Shown here: in pieces, positions 18,185 to 27,888 of the stretch
Layout: every line of letters starts with the position of its first letter
How positions within the stretch are numbered: position 1 is the first letter of the stretch
Assembly: GCA_028688415.1 (NCBI GenBank)
Contig: JAQTYF010000001.1
Span: forward strand, 577,895-641,894
Direction of reading: 5' to 3'
DNA length: 64,000 nucleotides
Source: Candidatus Moraniibacteriota bacterium
GTDB taxonomy: Bacteria; Patescibacteriota; Minisyncoccia; Moranbacterales; UBA1568
Position numbers and translations under genes: made by a program
Notes under the pieces: model-generated
What the model was told of the DNA's origin: nothing
The model's input: only the letters and a program-made list of their open reading frames with translations
Databases searched by the model: none

Positions 18185-20677
18185 TTAGAGAGGTTTTTCT
18201 GCAAGCCTCATACGATTCATAATTTCACGATTGACAATAGTCGCATCACGACCATACCGGAGACGCGAGAGTTCTTTGAGAGCATTCGCTATCTCTTGAC
18301 TCCCATTCGTTGGAGCGTATGTTTTCATATTGAATGGCTTGGTAAGCTCATTGTTCATAAGGAGTCTCGCAAAACAATTCCGATTGTCGACATTCATCAG
18401 ATCGCGGGCTGAAAATACAGGAAGAAATTGCTTCTCAAGAAATTCAGCGTCTTCTGATCCGATACGGAACGAAACAAGCGATCCGACATTCCCAAACACT
18501 GCCTTGGAAATTTCTTCTTTGAGCTGAGCAATAAACTGATGCGCCATTGTGAGCACCAATCGATATTTACGAGCCTCTGAGAGGATTTGAGCAATAGAAT
18601 TTGTGGTTACATTCTGGAACTCATCCATATAGAGATAGAAGTCGGTCCGCTCCTCTTCTGGTGTGTCTACACGTGACAGCGCTGCCATCAAGATCTTTCC
18701 GACAATGACCATGCCGAGCAGTTTCGCATTGATTTCACCGATTTTTCCTTTGGAAAGATTGACGAGAAGAATCTTCTTTCCGTCCATAATTTCACGGAAA
18801 TTGAGCGTGCTTTTCTGCTGTCCAATGATTGGGCGCATCATATCATTGGAAATGAACGTTGTAAGCTTGGAAGTAATATACGGCACCATGTTGGCAAGCG
18901 CCGCTTCTCCACCTGCCTTCTCTGCTTCTTTGGTCCAAAAATCGTATGCGATAGGGTTATTACACTTGGAAAGTTTGTACTTGCGAAAATCTTCATCTGC
19001 TAATACTTTGGAAATTTCCATGAGCGTTGATCCGCTCTCAGGATCCTCCATGATAAGCAACATTGCATTACGCATATATTGTTCAAACATTGGTCCACCA
19101 GTGGCTTTCAGATCATAGAGTTGATCAAATATACCAATCATTTCATTGATAACGAACGTTTTTTGCTCTGGATGTTGTGCATCGTACTCGAGCATATTGA
19201 GCCCAATAGGACGTTCGGTATCCGAAGGATCAAAGAGAATGACGTCTTCTGCTCGTTCTTTGGGAATAGCGGTCAAAATATCTTCAATAGCATCTCCGTG
19301 AGGATCAATAAAACAAAAACCATGTCCCGCAAGAGCGTCTTTCTTGGCCATTTCCTGAAGATACACCGACTTACCAACACCCGTCTGTCCAATAACATAC
19401 ATATGACGTCGACGATCATTTTCAGTAATACGAATATCTGTCTTCGTACCGCGATAATCATTGTATCCGAGAAGCAGTCCTTCTTCTGGAATGTTCACTG
19501 GTGGAGGAGCAGCTCCTGCTTTGAGCCACTTGATTTTTGGTGTAGCCGTCGTCGAAATCGGGAAATGGAAAATACTCGCCAATTCTTCGACCGAAAGGAT
19601 CATCTGCTGTTCATCATTAAAGTTACGGAAAATAAAATCATACACTGCTTGTTTTTCACTGATGCGTTTTTTGATACGAAACGTATTTACTTCTGGATTC
19701 TCGAATTGACCAAAAGCATTTTCCAAATGACCCAGGATTTCTTCCGCACGCTCTTGAGTCCCTGCTGATGCAATCAGTCGTATATTGGCACGAAAAGCTC
19801 CTTTATTCGTTTTTTCATCGATAGATTTTACCAATTCTTGTTCTTCGGGAGTAAGGTTGACTTGTTTTTTATCATCTAGAATTGAATTCTTCTCTTTAGA
19901 ACTTGTCAGTGTCTTCATCATTTCTTTTCCAAACGAAGCAGAGGCCTCACGAAGCATTGATTGATGTTTAGCATCCTTGAGACGCTTCCCTTCTTGCATC
20001 CTCTGGGCAATCTTTTTCCCTTCACTACGCCACGCAGTATTCGTACGAGTGAGGAGTATCTGAAGCGAGATGCCTTCTTCGATAGAATTCAACTTACTTA
20101 AAGCATTGGAAATAACATTGAGTGGATCAACATCGAGTCCACGATAGGTACGAAGAGGAAGAGCATGGCTATGAACGAGATCGAGTACAGAAACTGCCGT
20201 ATAGCCACCCGGCGAAAAGATAGTGTATTCCGTCGCTTTTTCAATCACTGCATGAGGGAAAAAACTATGTATTTGTTTCTCTGCACTCTCCCTGAAACGC
20301 TTTGGAACAGAAAGGTAGAAAAATATTTCTTCACTCGAAGAAGGATTGGCAATTTCAAAAATGATTGTTGGAGTATCAAAAAAAAGTCCTTTGAAAAAAC
20401 CTCCCTTGGGCTTCAGAACAGTCAGTGAAGCAAGTAACTGCTCCATAGCAAAAATCTCTTCTTTCCATGCCTCAGCATTCGGAGCCTGTTGCGCTCCCTC
20501 TGGAATTTCTTTACGTGTCACGCGTATCATTTCCAGATCCATATTCATAGACTGATTGATCTGATAACGAAAACGAAAAAAACTTCGAATAACGAGAAAT
20601 GTTCCGCTGATGATAGCGACAGACGCCAAAAGATACACCAACGGTATCAAAAGGATATTCAAATCAAGACCGGTCAT
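18185..20677 (-). CDS. Membrane-anchored type IV secretion ATPase, VirB4/VirD4 (TraG/TraD)-like, FtsK-HerA superfamily
   Basis: N-terminal TM LIPLVYLLASVAIISGTFLVI; Walker A HMYVIGQTGVGKS; IDPHGD; Walker B FYLYMDEFQNV; RKY-type motif EARKYRLVLTMAHQFIAQL as in VirB4 motif C / TraG-D_C. Confidence 0.7.
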   Translation of the reverse strand: MTGLDLNILLIPLVYLLASVAIISGTFLVIRSFFRFRYQINQSMNMDLEMIRVTRKEIPEGAQQAPNAEAWKEEIFAMEQLLASLTVLKPKGGFFKGLFFDTPTIIFEIANPSSSEEIFFYLSVPKRFRESAEKQIHSFFPHAVIEKATEYTIFSPGGYTAVSVLDLVHSHALPLRTYRGLDVDPLNVISNALSKLNSIEEGISLQILLTRTNTAWRSEGKKIAQRMQEGKRLKDAKHQSMLREASASFGKEMMKTLTSSKEKNSILDDKKQVNLTPEEQELVKSIDEKTNKGAFRANIRLIASAGTQERAEEILGHLENAFGQFENPEVNTFRIKKRISEKQAVYDFIFRNFNDEQQMILSVEELASIFHFPISTTATPKIKWLKAGAAPPPVNIPEEGLLLGYNDYRGTKTDIRITENDRRRHMYVIGQTGVGKSVYLQEMAKKDALAGHGFCFIDPHGDAIEDILTAIPKERAEDVILFDPSDTERPIGLNMLEYDAQHPEQKTFVINEMIGIFDQLYDLKATGGPMFEQYMRNAMLLIMEDPESGSTLMEISKVLADEDFRKYKLSKCNNPIAYDFWTKEAEKAGGEAALANMVPYITSKLTTFISNDMMRPIIGQQKSTLNFREIMDGKKILLVNLSKGKIGEINAKLLGMVIVGKILMAALSRVDTPEEERTDFYLYMDEFQNVTTNSIAQILSEARKYRLVLTMAHQFIAQLKEEISKAVFGNVGSLVSFRIGSEDAEFLEKQFLPVFSARDLMNVDNRNCFARLLMNNELTKPFNMKTYAPTNGSQEIANALKELSRLRYGRDATIVNREIMNRMRLAEKPL

Positions 20678-20724
20678 TTTTTGTATGTGTTATATATTTT
20701 TTTGATATTTGCTGGGATAGATTC

Positions 20725-21150
20725 TCAGTCTTTCTTGATCAGACCTTTGGCGAGCAGTCCTTCATACAGATTATCTACGAGTTCATCATGCATCTTATCA
20801 AGTGCATAATAATCTCCGAGAGAACGGGCAACTTTCACCGCATAGACAACTCCTCTTGTCTCAGCGAGCTCAATAAGTTTCTGTACTTTACTCTCCTCAT
20901 CTATCGTCGCACTGATACTCTTTGCATCCAATTGATGATCCGTGTTGTCAGACGGTACTGATGATTGTGATTCGGGTGCCACCTGAGCGAGAATTTCATC
21001 GTATTTTCTTTCTTTCTGTTCACTCGAACCTTCAATGTGTGTATCGATCTGTTCCGATGGAACTGTCAATACATTCTCTGCTGATGTTTCTGAGGTACGT
21101 TCTGGCGTAATAGACATATTCTCCGTTCCAATCGTTTTTTCGTCGGCCAT
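20725..21150 (-). CDS. Hypothetical acidic protein
   Basis: Start taken at MADEKTIG. The longer track ORF reads through the upstream 21-bp repeats, giving an implausible YYLSSII-repeat N-terminus. Confidence 0.45.
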   Translation of the reverse strand: MADEKTIGTENMSITPERTSETSAENVLTVPSEQIDTHIEGSSEQKERKYDEILAQVAPESQSSVPSDNTDHQLDAKSISATIDEESKVQKLIELAETRGVVYAVKVARSLGDYYALDKMHDELVDNLYEGLLAKGLIKKD

Positions 21151-21172
21151 AATTATTGAAGATAAATAATAA

Positions 21173-21223
21173 AAGATAATTGATGATAGATAAGTAACTA
21201 AGAAGATAATTGATGATAGATAA
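21173..21223. repeat. Two 21-bp direct repeats aagataattgatgatagataa (21173..21193, 21203..21223), candidate regulator-binding site
   Basis: Exact copies 30 bp centre to centre, between the 101-aa and 141-aa genes inside the minus-strand operon. Confidence 0.5.
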
Positions 21224-21298
21224 TAGATACTCGATAAAAAAACATTCAACACCCCATCATTTATCACTCATCATGTATCCTGCATCTTCGGTATCTCT

Positions 21299-21604
21299 CT
21301 AGACTGCTCCTTCTGTGAGTTCTTCTTTGAATTTGTCGACAACACCACGTACAAATATATTGTACCCTGGAATCTTGTTTTCGAAAAACGATTCAAGTTC
21401 TTCTTGCTTCGCCTCTCTGTTAAGCAGAGATTCATACTCTGCGACATTTTCATCGCCCAACTTCTCCATCGTTTCAATAAAAATACGCTTCACCAAAGCT
21501 TCTCCTATCTTTGCGAGCAGTTCTTCTTTCTTGTCTTCTGGGACATTTTCCAAATGAAACGCCTCGATGAGTTCTGTCTTCAATGCTTCCTGGTCAAGTG
21601 CCAT
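21299..21604 (-). CDS. Hypothetical small acidic protein
   Basis: 101-aa ORF between the LysM-like protein and the 141-aa gene. Confidence 0.45.
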   Translation of the reverse strand: MALDQEALKTELIEAFHLENVPEDKKEELLAKIGEALVKRIFIETMEKLGDENVAEYESLLNREAKQEELESFFENKIPGYNIFVRGVVDKFKEELTEGAV

Positions 21605-21647
21605 AGATGTATGTAATAAATTGTATTAGTTCAAAAAAAATGAAAAA

Positions 21648-24614
21648 TTATTGAGTGGTCGTATAGAGACCGAGGCGTTGTCCTGGAGTAACCAGCGTCG
21701 ATATCTTCTTGAGATAATCCATGACCGTGACGTTCGGGTGTTCACGCAAAAATGCTATCCTATCGAAAGCAATCTTGTTATCCTCTACACCCTGAAAAAA
21801 TTGCGTAAAATTTTTGATTTGTTCGTGATTCAAACCTGTTTTGTATCCCGTAAAAGATCCTGCTTTGTAGAGTTTTGCATCTTTGAATATATCCATCAGC
21901 TTGATAGAACTCATTTCTTTTTTATCCACAATCCAGTCTTGGCCCAAAGCAGGGTTTTCCATTCGAAATATCTGCATATACCAATCATTCACACGAGGGA
22001 TGAGTTCTGCTGTAAATACTGGTTCACGCGAAACAGATGGTGATTCTACAGGAACAACATTGCTCACAGGAGACTCGGTGACCCGTTCCAATGGAGGAGT
22101 ATTTTCTCCAACAGATTGTGTGGCAATCTTTCCACTCAGAATTTCATCCACTTTGGCATTGGTCAGTGTCGTACCAGGATGCGAGGCGACATAGTCTGCT
22201 ATTTTTGCATCATTGGCAGTGATGGAAACTATCTGATCAGGAGAAAGAGACTGAGCTTGAGAAAGAGCATTCTCAACAAATGCTTTATCAATACCATGAT
22301 CAGAAAACTTAATTGTTTCGCCAGCCTTCAATTGTACGTCACCGTATTTATCTTTCAGCGCATCGATAAAATGAGTTTTTTCTGCCCCTTCGAGTTTCAG
22401 CGTGTCAGCTACCCCTCCTGCTATTTTCCACACTGAGTCACCTGGCTTCACGACATAATCCTGATTGAATACACCTGTGAGAGGGTCTGTATCTGGTTGA
22501 GGAACCTGAGGTGCTTCAATGGGCGCTTCTGATGGTACAGGAACAGACGGAATCGCTAGCGGTGACACTTCTCCAGGAGTCGGAATCTGTGCGGATGCCT
22601 GAGGAGTATTTCCTATTTGATCTTTCACCCAGTCCACTGCCTGATTGCCACCCAGATGATCCATAGCGACCTGAGTCAGCCAGCCAGATCCGACAAGTCC
22701 ACCGACACCCAGGGCCGATACCTTACGCCATGTCTTCGCTCGTTTCTCATTTTGCAATTTCGTATTGAGAGCATTGATATCTTGATCAAGGAGGGTATTG
22801 AGCGCATCAAAAGTAACTTCTGGTTTCATGCCAAGACTTTCTGTCTTGAGTCTCTCCATCTCTTGAGCTATTTCCCCTTCTGCTTGATCAACTCTTTTTC
22901 TCTCTCCGAAACTCTCGAGGAGCGCCTCTGTACCAACAGCCATACCCGCTCCACTGGCCACTTTGCGAATAACTGAAGCAAAAGCAAGTGCTCCTGCTGC
23001 GGTTCCGCTCCCACCAGACAAAGCAATTCCTGCGGTAATGCCCAAGAAAGCTGCTGTAATAGCGAGTTTTCTTGTAAGTGGGATGCGATTATAGGCACGG
23101 CCCAAGTTTCCTAACAGAACAGTTACTTTCTCGATACCACTCGCATCTTTCAGATGTTCTGACTTGTATTGTGTTCGTTCATTGATGAGATTGGTGGATT
23201 CATCGAGCTTGTAATAACGCATGATACGCTCTATCTCTTTTGTTCTTTCCTCTGGAGTCAGTTGTTCTTCATCGATTCTCTTTTGAAGCAGTGCCACTTC
23301 TGCATTCTGAAGATTCTTCACCGCTGTCTCATAATAAACCTGTGCGTCATCTTTTCTCGCATCTTGCTCAATACCAAACATACTCTTGAATTTCTTCCAA
23401 GCATCCCTATTCTTGACATCCGTCTCCACCCAACGAGCACGCATCTCACCAACCATCGTTCGAAGACTATCTATGTTTGCTTGTTCTGCTTCTCGATCTG
23501 TCTCTAATGTTTTTTCTTCGGATGTTTGTAACTCAATTATCGGTTCATTTTTGATAGTCTCAGAAGCTTTTATCTCTTTTGGTTCTTCTTTTTCATCTGT
23601 TGGCACTGTATCAAAACTTCCTTCTTCCTCTTGATCAAGAAGCTCTCGCAATCTGGCTTCATGTCCTGCTCTCACCGATGCCAATCGATCATTTTCTGCT
23701 TTTTTCTCTGTTTTTTGTCTTTCGAGTTCTTCTTGTTCCGCTTTCTGCCACGCTTCTGCAGATACAGAATCCACAACAGGGATTGAAGATATTTTTTGTC
23801 CCTGTGCCTCTCTGACATAACCCTCTGTAGAAAGTTTTTCCTGTAATGCTTCAATAGAGAGACTGTGCGCTGTCATATCGCCTTCATCCTCTTCTCGTGG
23901 TTCTGAAAGCAATTCCTCAGCATTTGCACCCTGTCGAACATCCATCATCCCTTCTGTAAGTGCGGTTACAAAAATTCTCGACTGAGTTCCATCTGCATTT
24001 GTCTTCACCCACATATCTCCCACTTGTGGCACGAAATCTTCAAGACCACCCTCATTGTCTGAAGGTGGAACTATCGGTGGCTCGTCCGGTGGAATCGATC
24101 CTCTACCTCCCCCATTATTTCTACCTCCACGATCGCTTCCGGTCTGTGTTTGTGGCTTGCTTGATGTTTCTGCGTTCTTTCCGCTAGATTTTTTCTTCTG
24201 TGCAGATTCTTGATCAGAGATATTTTTTCTCTTTTTTTCAAGTGTCCTCACCATTTCTTCTCTTGATATGACTTCGGCATCCTCGACTTTCTCTCCTTGT
24301 TTTGCTTTCAGTTCTAATGCTTGTATTTCCTTTCTTAAGAAAGTAATTCTCTCATTAAGATGCTCTTTCTCTTTTAAATCAAGTGATCTGAGCACTATAT
24401 CATTCCCATTATTCTGAGGCTCAGAAATGCCGATATTGTTTTCGTTGTTTCGCCTGCGTTGATTCACAATCTTTCCTGATGTGGTACCAGCATCAAGACT
24501 AGCTGATACTATCGGTTGACTCCTTTCGTTCGAAATGCCTTTTCGAGCCTCAATAGCTGCTGCATTAGCACCTGCCATTATTATTTTTTTTTGTACACTG
24601 AACCTTTCCGCCAT
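21648..24614 (-). CDS. Large membrane protein with coiled-coil N-terminal region, TM segments, Pro-rich linker and LysM-like domain
   Basis: Coiled-coil/low-complexity N-terminal ~500 aa; TMs LAITAAFLGITAGIALSGG and ALGVGGLVGSGWL; Pro-rich QIPTPGEVSPLAIPSVPVPSEAPIEAPQVPQP; LysM-like YVVKPGDSVWKIAGGVAD...AGETIKF. Confidence 0.55.
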   Translation of the reverse strand: MAERFSVQKKIIMAGANAAAIEARKGISNERSQPIVSASLDAGTTSGKIVNQRRRNNENNIGISEPQNNGNDIVLRSLDLKEKEHLNERITFLRKEIQALELKAKQGEKVEDAEVISREEMVRTLEKKRKNISDQESAQKKKSSGKNAETSSKPQTQTGSDRGGRNNGGGRGSIPPDEPPIVPPSDNEGGLEDFVPQVGDMWVKTNADGTQSRIFVTALTEGMMDVRQGANAEELLSEPREEDEGDMTAHSLSIEALQEKLSTEGYVREAQGQKISSIPVVDSVSAEAWQKAEQEELERQKTEKKAENDRLASVRAGHEARLRELLDQEEEGSFDTVPTDEKEEPKEIKASETIKNEPIIELQTSEEKTLETDREAEQANIDSLRTMVGEMRARWVETDVKNRDAWKKFKSMFGIEQDARKDDAQVYYETAVKNLQNAEVALLQKRIDEEQLTPEERTKEIERIMRYYKLDESTNLINERTQYKSEHLKDASGIEKVTVLLGNLGRAYNRIPLTRKLAITAAFLGITAGIALSGGSGTAAGALAFASVIRKVASGAGMAVGTEALLESFGERKRVDQAEGEIAQEMERLKTESLGMKPEVTFDALNTLLDQDINALNTKLQNEKRAKTWRKVSALGVGGLVGSGWLTQVAMDHLGGNQAVDWVKDQIGNTPQASAQIPTPGEVSPLAIPSVPVPSEAPIEAPQVPQPDTDPLTGVFNQDYVVKPGDSVWKIAGGVADTLKLEGAEKTHFIDALKDKYGDVQLKAGETIKFSDHGIDKAFVENALSQAQSLSPDQIVSITANDAKIADYVASHPGTTLTNAKVDEILSGKIATQSVGENTPPLERVTESPVSNVVPVESPSVSREPVFTAELIPRVNDWYMQIFRMENPALGQDWIVDKKEMSSIKLMDIFKDAKLYKAGSFTGYKTGLNHEQIKNFTQFFQGVEDNKIAFDRIAFLREHPNVTVMDYLKKISTLVTPGQRLGLYTTTQ

Positions 24615-24643
24615 AATCGTACTATATATAATTAAAGACTTTT

Positions 24644-26188
24644 TTATTGTATACGATCAGTAAAATACTTCTCGATAAACAGATGAGCAAACAATTGTTT
24701 CTCAGAGGCGTCCATCGGTAATTGGTCGAGGCGGATCATAATACTTAAAGAGAGTGCTTGTATAATATCGTTTTTGTTTTCTTCTATAAATTCGACGAGA
24801 TTTCGACCTTCTAACAAAGTATTCATTTCTTGCAGACCAGCCGCAAGAGTACTTTTGAGACGGTCTTCTTCGAATGCGATTTCTAGAGTATTCTTTCCAA
24901 GTTTTTGAAAGATTTTTTCATACACTTCGCCAGCATTTTCTGTTTTCGTCTTTTCTGGTGTTTTTGTGGTATCTACCACTGGTTCTGTAGATAGAGGCGA
25001 GACTTTTTTTGCTCGGGGCATTATTAATTTCCACTGAAACTCGTCATCCAGAAATTGCAAAAATTTCTTTACATATTTCGGCGTCACTTTCAAACCTTTC
25101 TTCTCGCCATAATGATACTTTATTTCCGTACCAGATTCAGAAATCTCTTCAATAACAAGTTCTTCTCCCTCTTTGTCTTTTCCAAACGGTCTCCGCTTGC
25201 TCCGTAAGGCTTCTACAAGCACAGCAAACAACTCTTCACCAGAATATTCTTTCTTTTTTTCTGATGCCACTTTCTTTCCTTCTCGTATAACAAATTTCGC
25301 TTCATTAACATCGGAAAGAGCTCGTTTGAGATCATCAATATTTCTTTTTTCAAAAGCGTCCTTGGCAGCACTCCGTAATGAGTAAAGATAAGAAGAAAAC
25401 TTACTAAAATTCCCTTGTTGTTTTCCTTTTTTATCGCCAGGGAGAACTTCGACAAGAATTTTGGCTTCTGATTCTTTTTCTTTGCATTTTTTCCTAATAG
25501 AATCCATCATATCTTGCAGTGGTTTGAGTAATTCTTCTCGTTTTTCTCGAATAACTCTATTCACAGCTTCCACACATTTTAAGAATTCAGTATCTGCTAT
25601 TCTTTTATCTATTCTTGCTTCTCTTTCCGGTATTTGATCCAAGAGAACATCACTCAATGTGTGGGTGATTTGTAATTTCTCTACTAACGCATCAAGATCC
25701 TTCTCATTTGTCACTGTATTAATTTCTGTTTCTCTATAATTAAACTGTATCAACAAATCAGTCCGAACAAGTTCATGCAATTTTTTTTGAACTGCTTGTT
25801 CAATCTCTCTTTTCAACTGACTTATCACAGTAACTTCATCATTAGTGAGGTCTCTCTGCAATGAATCCTTAATTTCGTCTAAAGGAAAAAATCGAATATC
25901 GGTCGGCCCTTCACCCTCCTTGGTCTTCTCGGTGATCACTATACTTTTTCGAAGGCGTACGTACTCTTCTGGCGTTTGAACCTTCTCAATAATAATCATC
26001 CAGTCTTTTTGAATTTCATCAAGAGCTCCTGAAAGATCAGCCGAAATCTCTGATTCTGCATTTTTTTCAGATCGAATATCAGCAGAACTATTTCTCTGTC
26101 CAGTATCAGCTGATGCTCTCAATTCTGCTACGACTTTATCTCCTGCTGTAGCAATTATATTTTCCAAGCTCGAATGAGGTTCTGCCAT
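24644..26188 (-). CDS. Hypothetical acidic protein, paralog of the 26199..27845 product over the C-terminal ~100 aa
   Basis: The C-terminus ...EKIFQKLGKNTLEIAFEEDRLKSTLAAGLQEM... aligns with ...ETLYQSLGHDDKEIFSEEQRLADALRDGLNDI... of the upstream gene. Confidence 0.5.
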   Translation of the reverse strand: MAEPHSSLENIIATAGDKVVAELRASADTGQRNSSADIRSEKNAESEISADLSGALDEIQKDWMIIIEKVQTPEEYVRLRKSIVITEKTKEGEGPTDIRFFPLDEIKDSLQRDLTNDEVTVISQLKREIEQAVQKKLHELVRTDLLIQFNYRETEINTVTNEKDLDALVEKLQITHTLSDVLLDQIPEREARIDKRIADTEFLKCVEAVNRVIREKREELLKPLQDMMDSIRKKCKEKESEAKILVEVLPGDKKGKQQGNFSKFSSYLYSLRSAAKDAFEKRNIDDLKRALSDVNEAKFVIREGKKVASEKKKEYSGEELFAVLVEALRSKRRPFGKDKEGEELVIEEISESGTEIKYHYGEKKGLKVTPKYVKKFLQFLDDEFQWKLIMPRAKKVSPLSTEPVVDTTKTPEKTKTENAGEVYEKIFQKLGKNTLEIAFEEDRLKSTLAAGLQEMNTLLEGRNLVEFIEENKNDIIQALSLSIMIRLDQLPMDASEKQLFAHLFIEKYFTDRIQ

Positions 26189-26198
26189 AATACTTCTT

Positions 26199-27845
26199 TT
26201 ATTTCACGAATTCCTCAACACATTTTCTGACAAATGTATTTGAAAAGAGATTCTTCTCTGATGCGGTCCAGGAAAATTTCTCCAAGCCATCGACAAATTT
26301 TTGAGAGAAAGCTGTAATAATCTTTTCTTTGTGTTCAATAATACTTTCAACTCCGATTTGATCTCTGATATCGTTCAGACCATCCCTGAGAGCGTCTGCT
26401 AATCTCTGTTCTTCAGAAAAGATTTCTTTGTCATCATGACCGAGACTCTGGTAGAGAGTTTCATACGATCGCTCTTCTGATTCTACACTATTATTCTGCA
26501 TTGAGGAAACGATTTGTTCGCTCTCATCCTGAAAAATGATTTGTTTTCCTCGTTTTGGTTTTTTTGTATCAAACTTTTTCTTTCCTTCTTCTGTTTTCTG
26601 TTCGGTATATCCTGATTTTTTTGGTGATATTTGTTTCACCCGACCGCCGATAGATTCATCATCTTCTCCGATGCCTCCATCGTTTTTGTCTTTTTTCCCG
26701 AGGAATATTCTTTTTTCGAATGCGTCCAATTTTTCCCAGACCTCCATAATTTCTGCGGATGATGAATGTTCATCTACTGATTGAGCCCATTCATCTACTT
26801 GTCTGACGAATTCTGGTGGACTCGGAGCATCGTCTGCTATATCGCCACTAAAGGCGATCGTCGATTGTTCACATTTCTTCTTCAGTGCATCTACTTTTCT
26901 GTCGAGAAGAACTTTTTGGTATCCTTTTTCTACCAATTCAATATCTGGTTTATCATCTCCCTGTTCGTTTTCCAACGACTTCAACTCTGATATTTTGAGT
27001 TCCAGGGCATAATCTGGCAAAGAAGCTTCAAGGGCATGGAGCTCAGCAAACAAAAGGAATCCTTGACGTCCCTGTTCTACAATATGATCATCAAGTTTGT
27101 TCCATTCTTCCCCAATTGTTTCAATCTTCTCGTGTATTGATTGAGATTGCTGTAATATTTCTTCTCCCTCTTTTTTCTTTTCTGGATCATCAATCTCTCC
27201 AGAGAGATATGGTCCATATTCTTCATCAACAAATGCATTCCATGATTCTATCATTGTACGACTTGCCTCGAATTCACGAATAAAAGCATTTTCCAGCTTC
27301 ATCATTTCTCCTTCATACAGGGCATAAAATTCTGGATACTGTTCTTTTATTGGATCCGTTTTTTCCATTCCCGCAACCAATACACGGAAGTTTTCCAGGT
27401 GTTTTTTCTCTCCCTGCGCCCTCCTGTTCTTCTCTATCCCGTGAATATCGGTTCTTGTGTAATAAATCTGTGGTTTTCCTCCTTTGGTCTTCGCTATTGT
27501 TCCTACGGCAATACGATCACCGCTTGTGGCATCCTGAAAAACGTCACCTTTCTGTGGAAACGGAAAATCTTCTTCTGGAATGACATCGTTATTTTGTTTT
27601 TTCGGCGGTTCGAGAACAGTCTGGGCGTCTGATTTGTCTCCGGCAACCGCTGTATCTGGAGGAATATTCGACTGAACAGACTCAGACTCCCTTTCCTTAT
27701 CAAGAATGATTGGTGGTTGTACAATCATTTCTTCACGAGGGAGCGACTGAAGAACAAACTGTCCATCTTTGAGCGGAGGGAGTGGTTTCTGTAAAAGGTT
27801 TCCGACCTGTTCAAAAAAAGGAAATTTCATAATTTTTCTTTTCAA
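26199..27845 (-). CDS. Hypothetical acidic protein, first gene of the T4SS-ATPase operon; shares a C-terminal domain with 24644..26188
   Basis: 548-aa soluble, Glu/Asp-rich; short divergent intergenic to the GT-C gene. Confidence 0.5.
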   Translation of the reverse strand: MKRKIMKFPFFEQVGNLLQKPLPPLKDGQFVLQSLPREEMIVQPPIILDKERESESVQSNIPPDTAVAGDKSDAQTVLEPPKKQNNDVIPEEDFPFPQKGDVFQDATSGDRIAVGTIAKTKGGKPQIYYTRTDIHGIEKNRRAQGEKKHLENFRVLVAGMEKTDPIKEQYPEFYALYEGEMMKLENAFIREFEASRTMIESWNAFVDEEYGPYLSGEIDDPEKKKEGEEILQQSQSIHEKIETIGEEWNKLDDHIVEQGRQGFLLFAELHALEASLPDYALELKISELKSLENEQGDDKPDIELVEKGYQKVLLDRKVDALKKKCEQSTIAFSGDIADDAPSPPEFVRQVDEWAQSVDEHSSSAEIMEVWEKLDAFEKRIFLGKKDKNDGGIGEDDESIGGRVKQISPKKSGYTEQKTEEGKKKFDTKKPKRGKQIIFQDESEQIVSSMQNNSVESEERSYETLYQSLGHDDKEIFSEEQRLADALRDGLNDIRDQIGVESIIEHKEKIITAFSQKFVDGLEKFSWTASEKNLFSNTFVRKCVEEFVK

Positions 27846-27888
27846 TGTATCTTTGTTATAATTCTATCATACAAAACAAAAAAAATAT

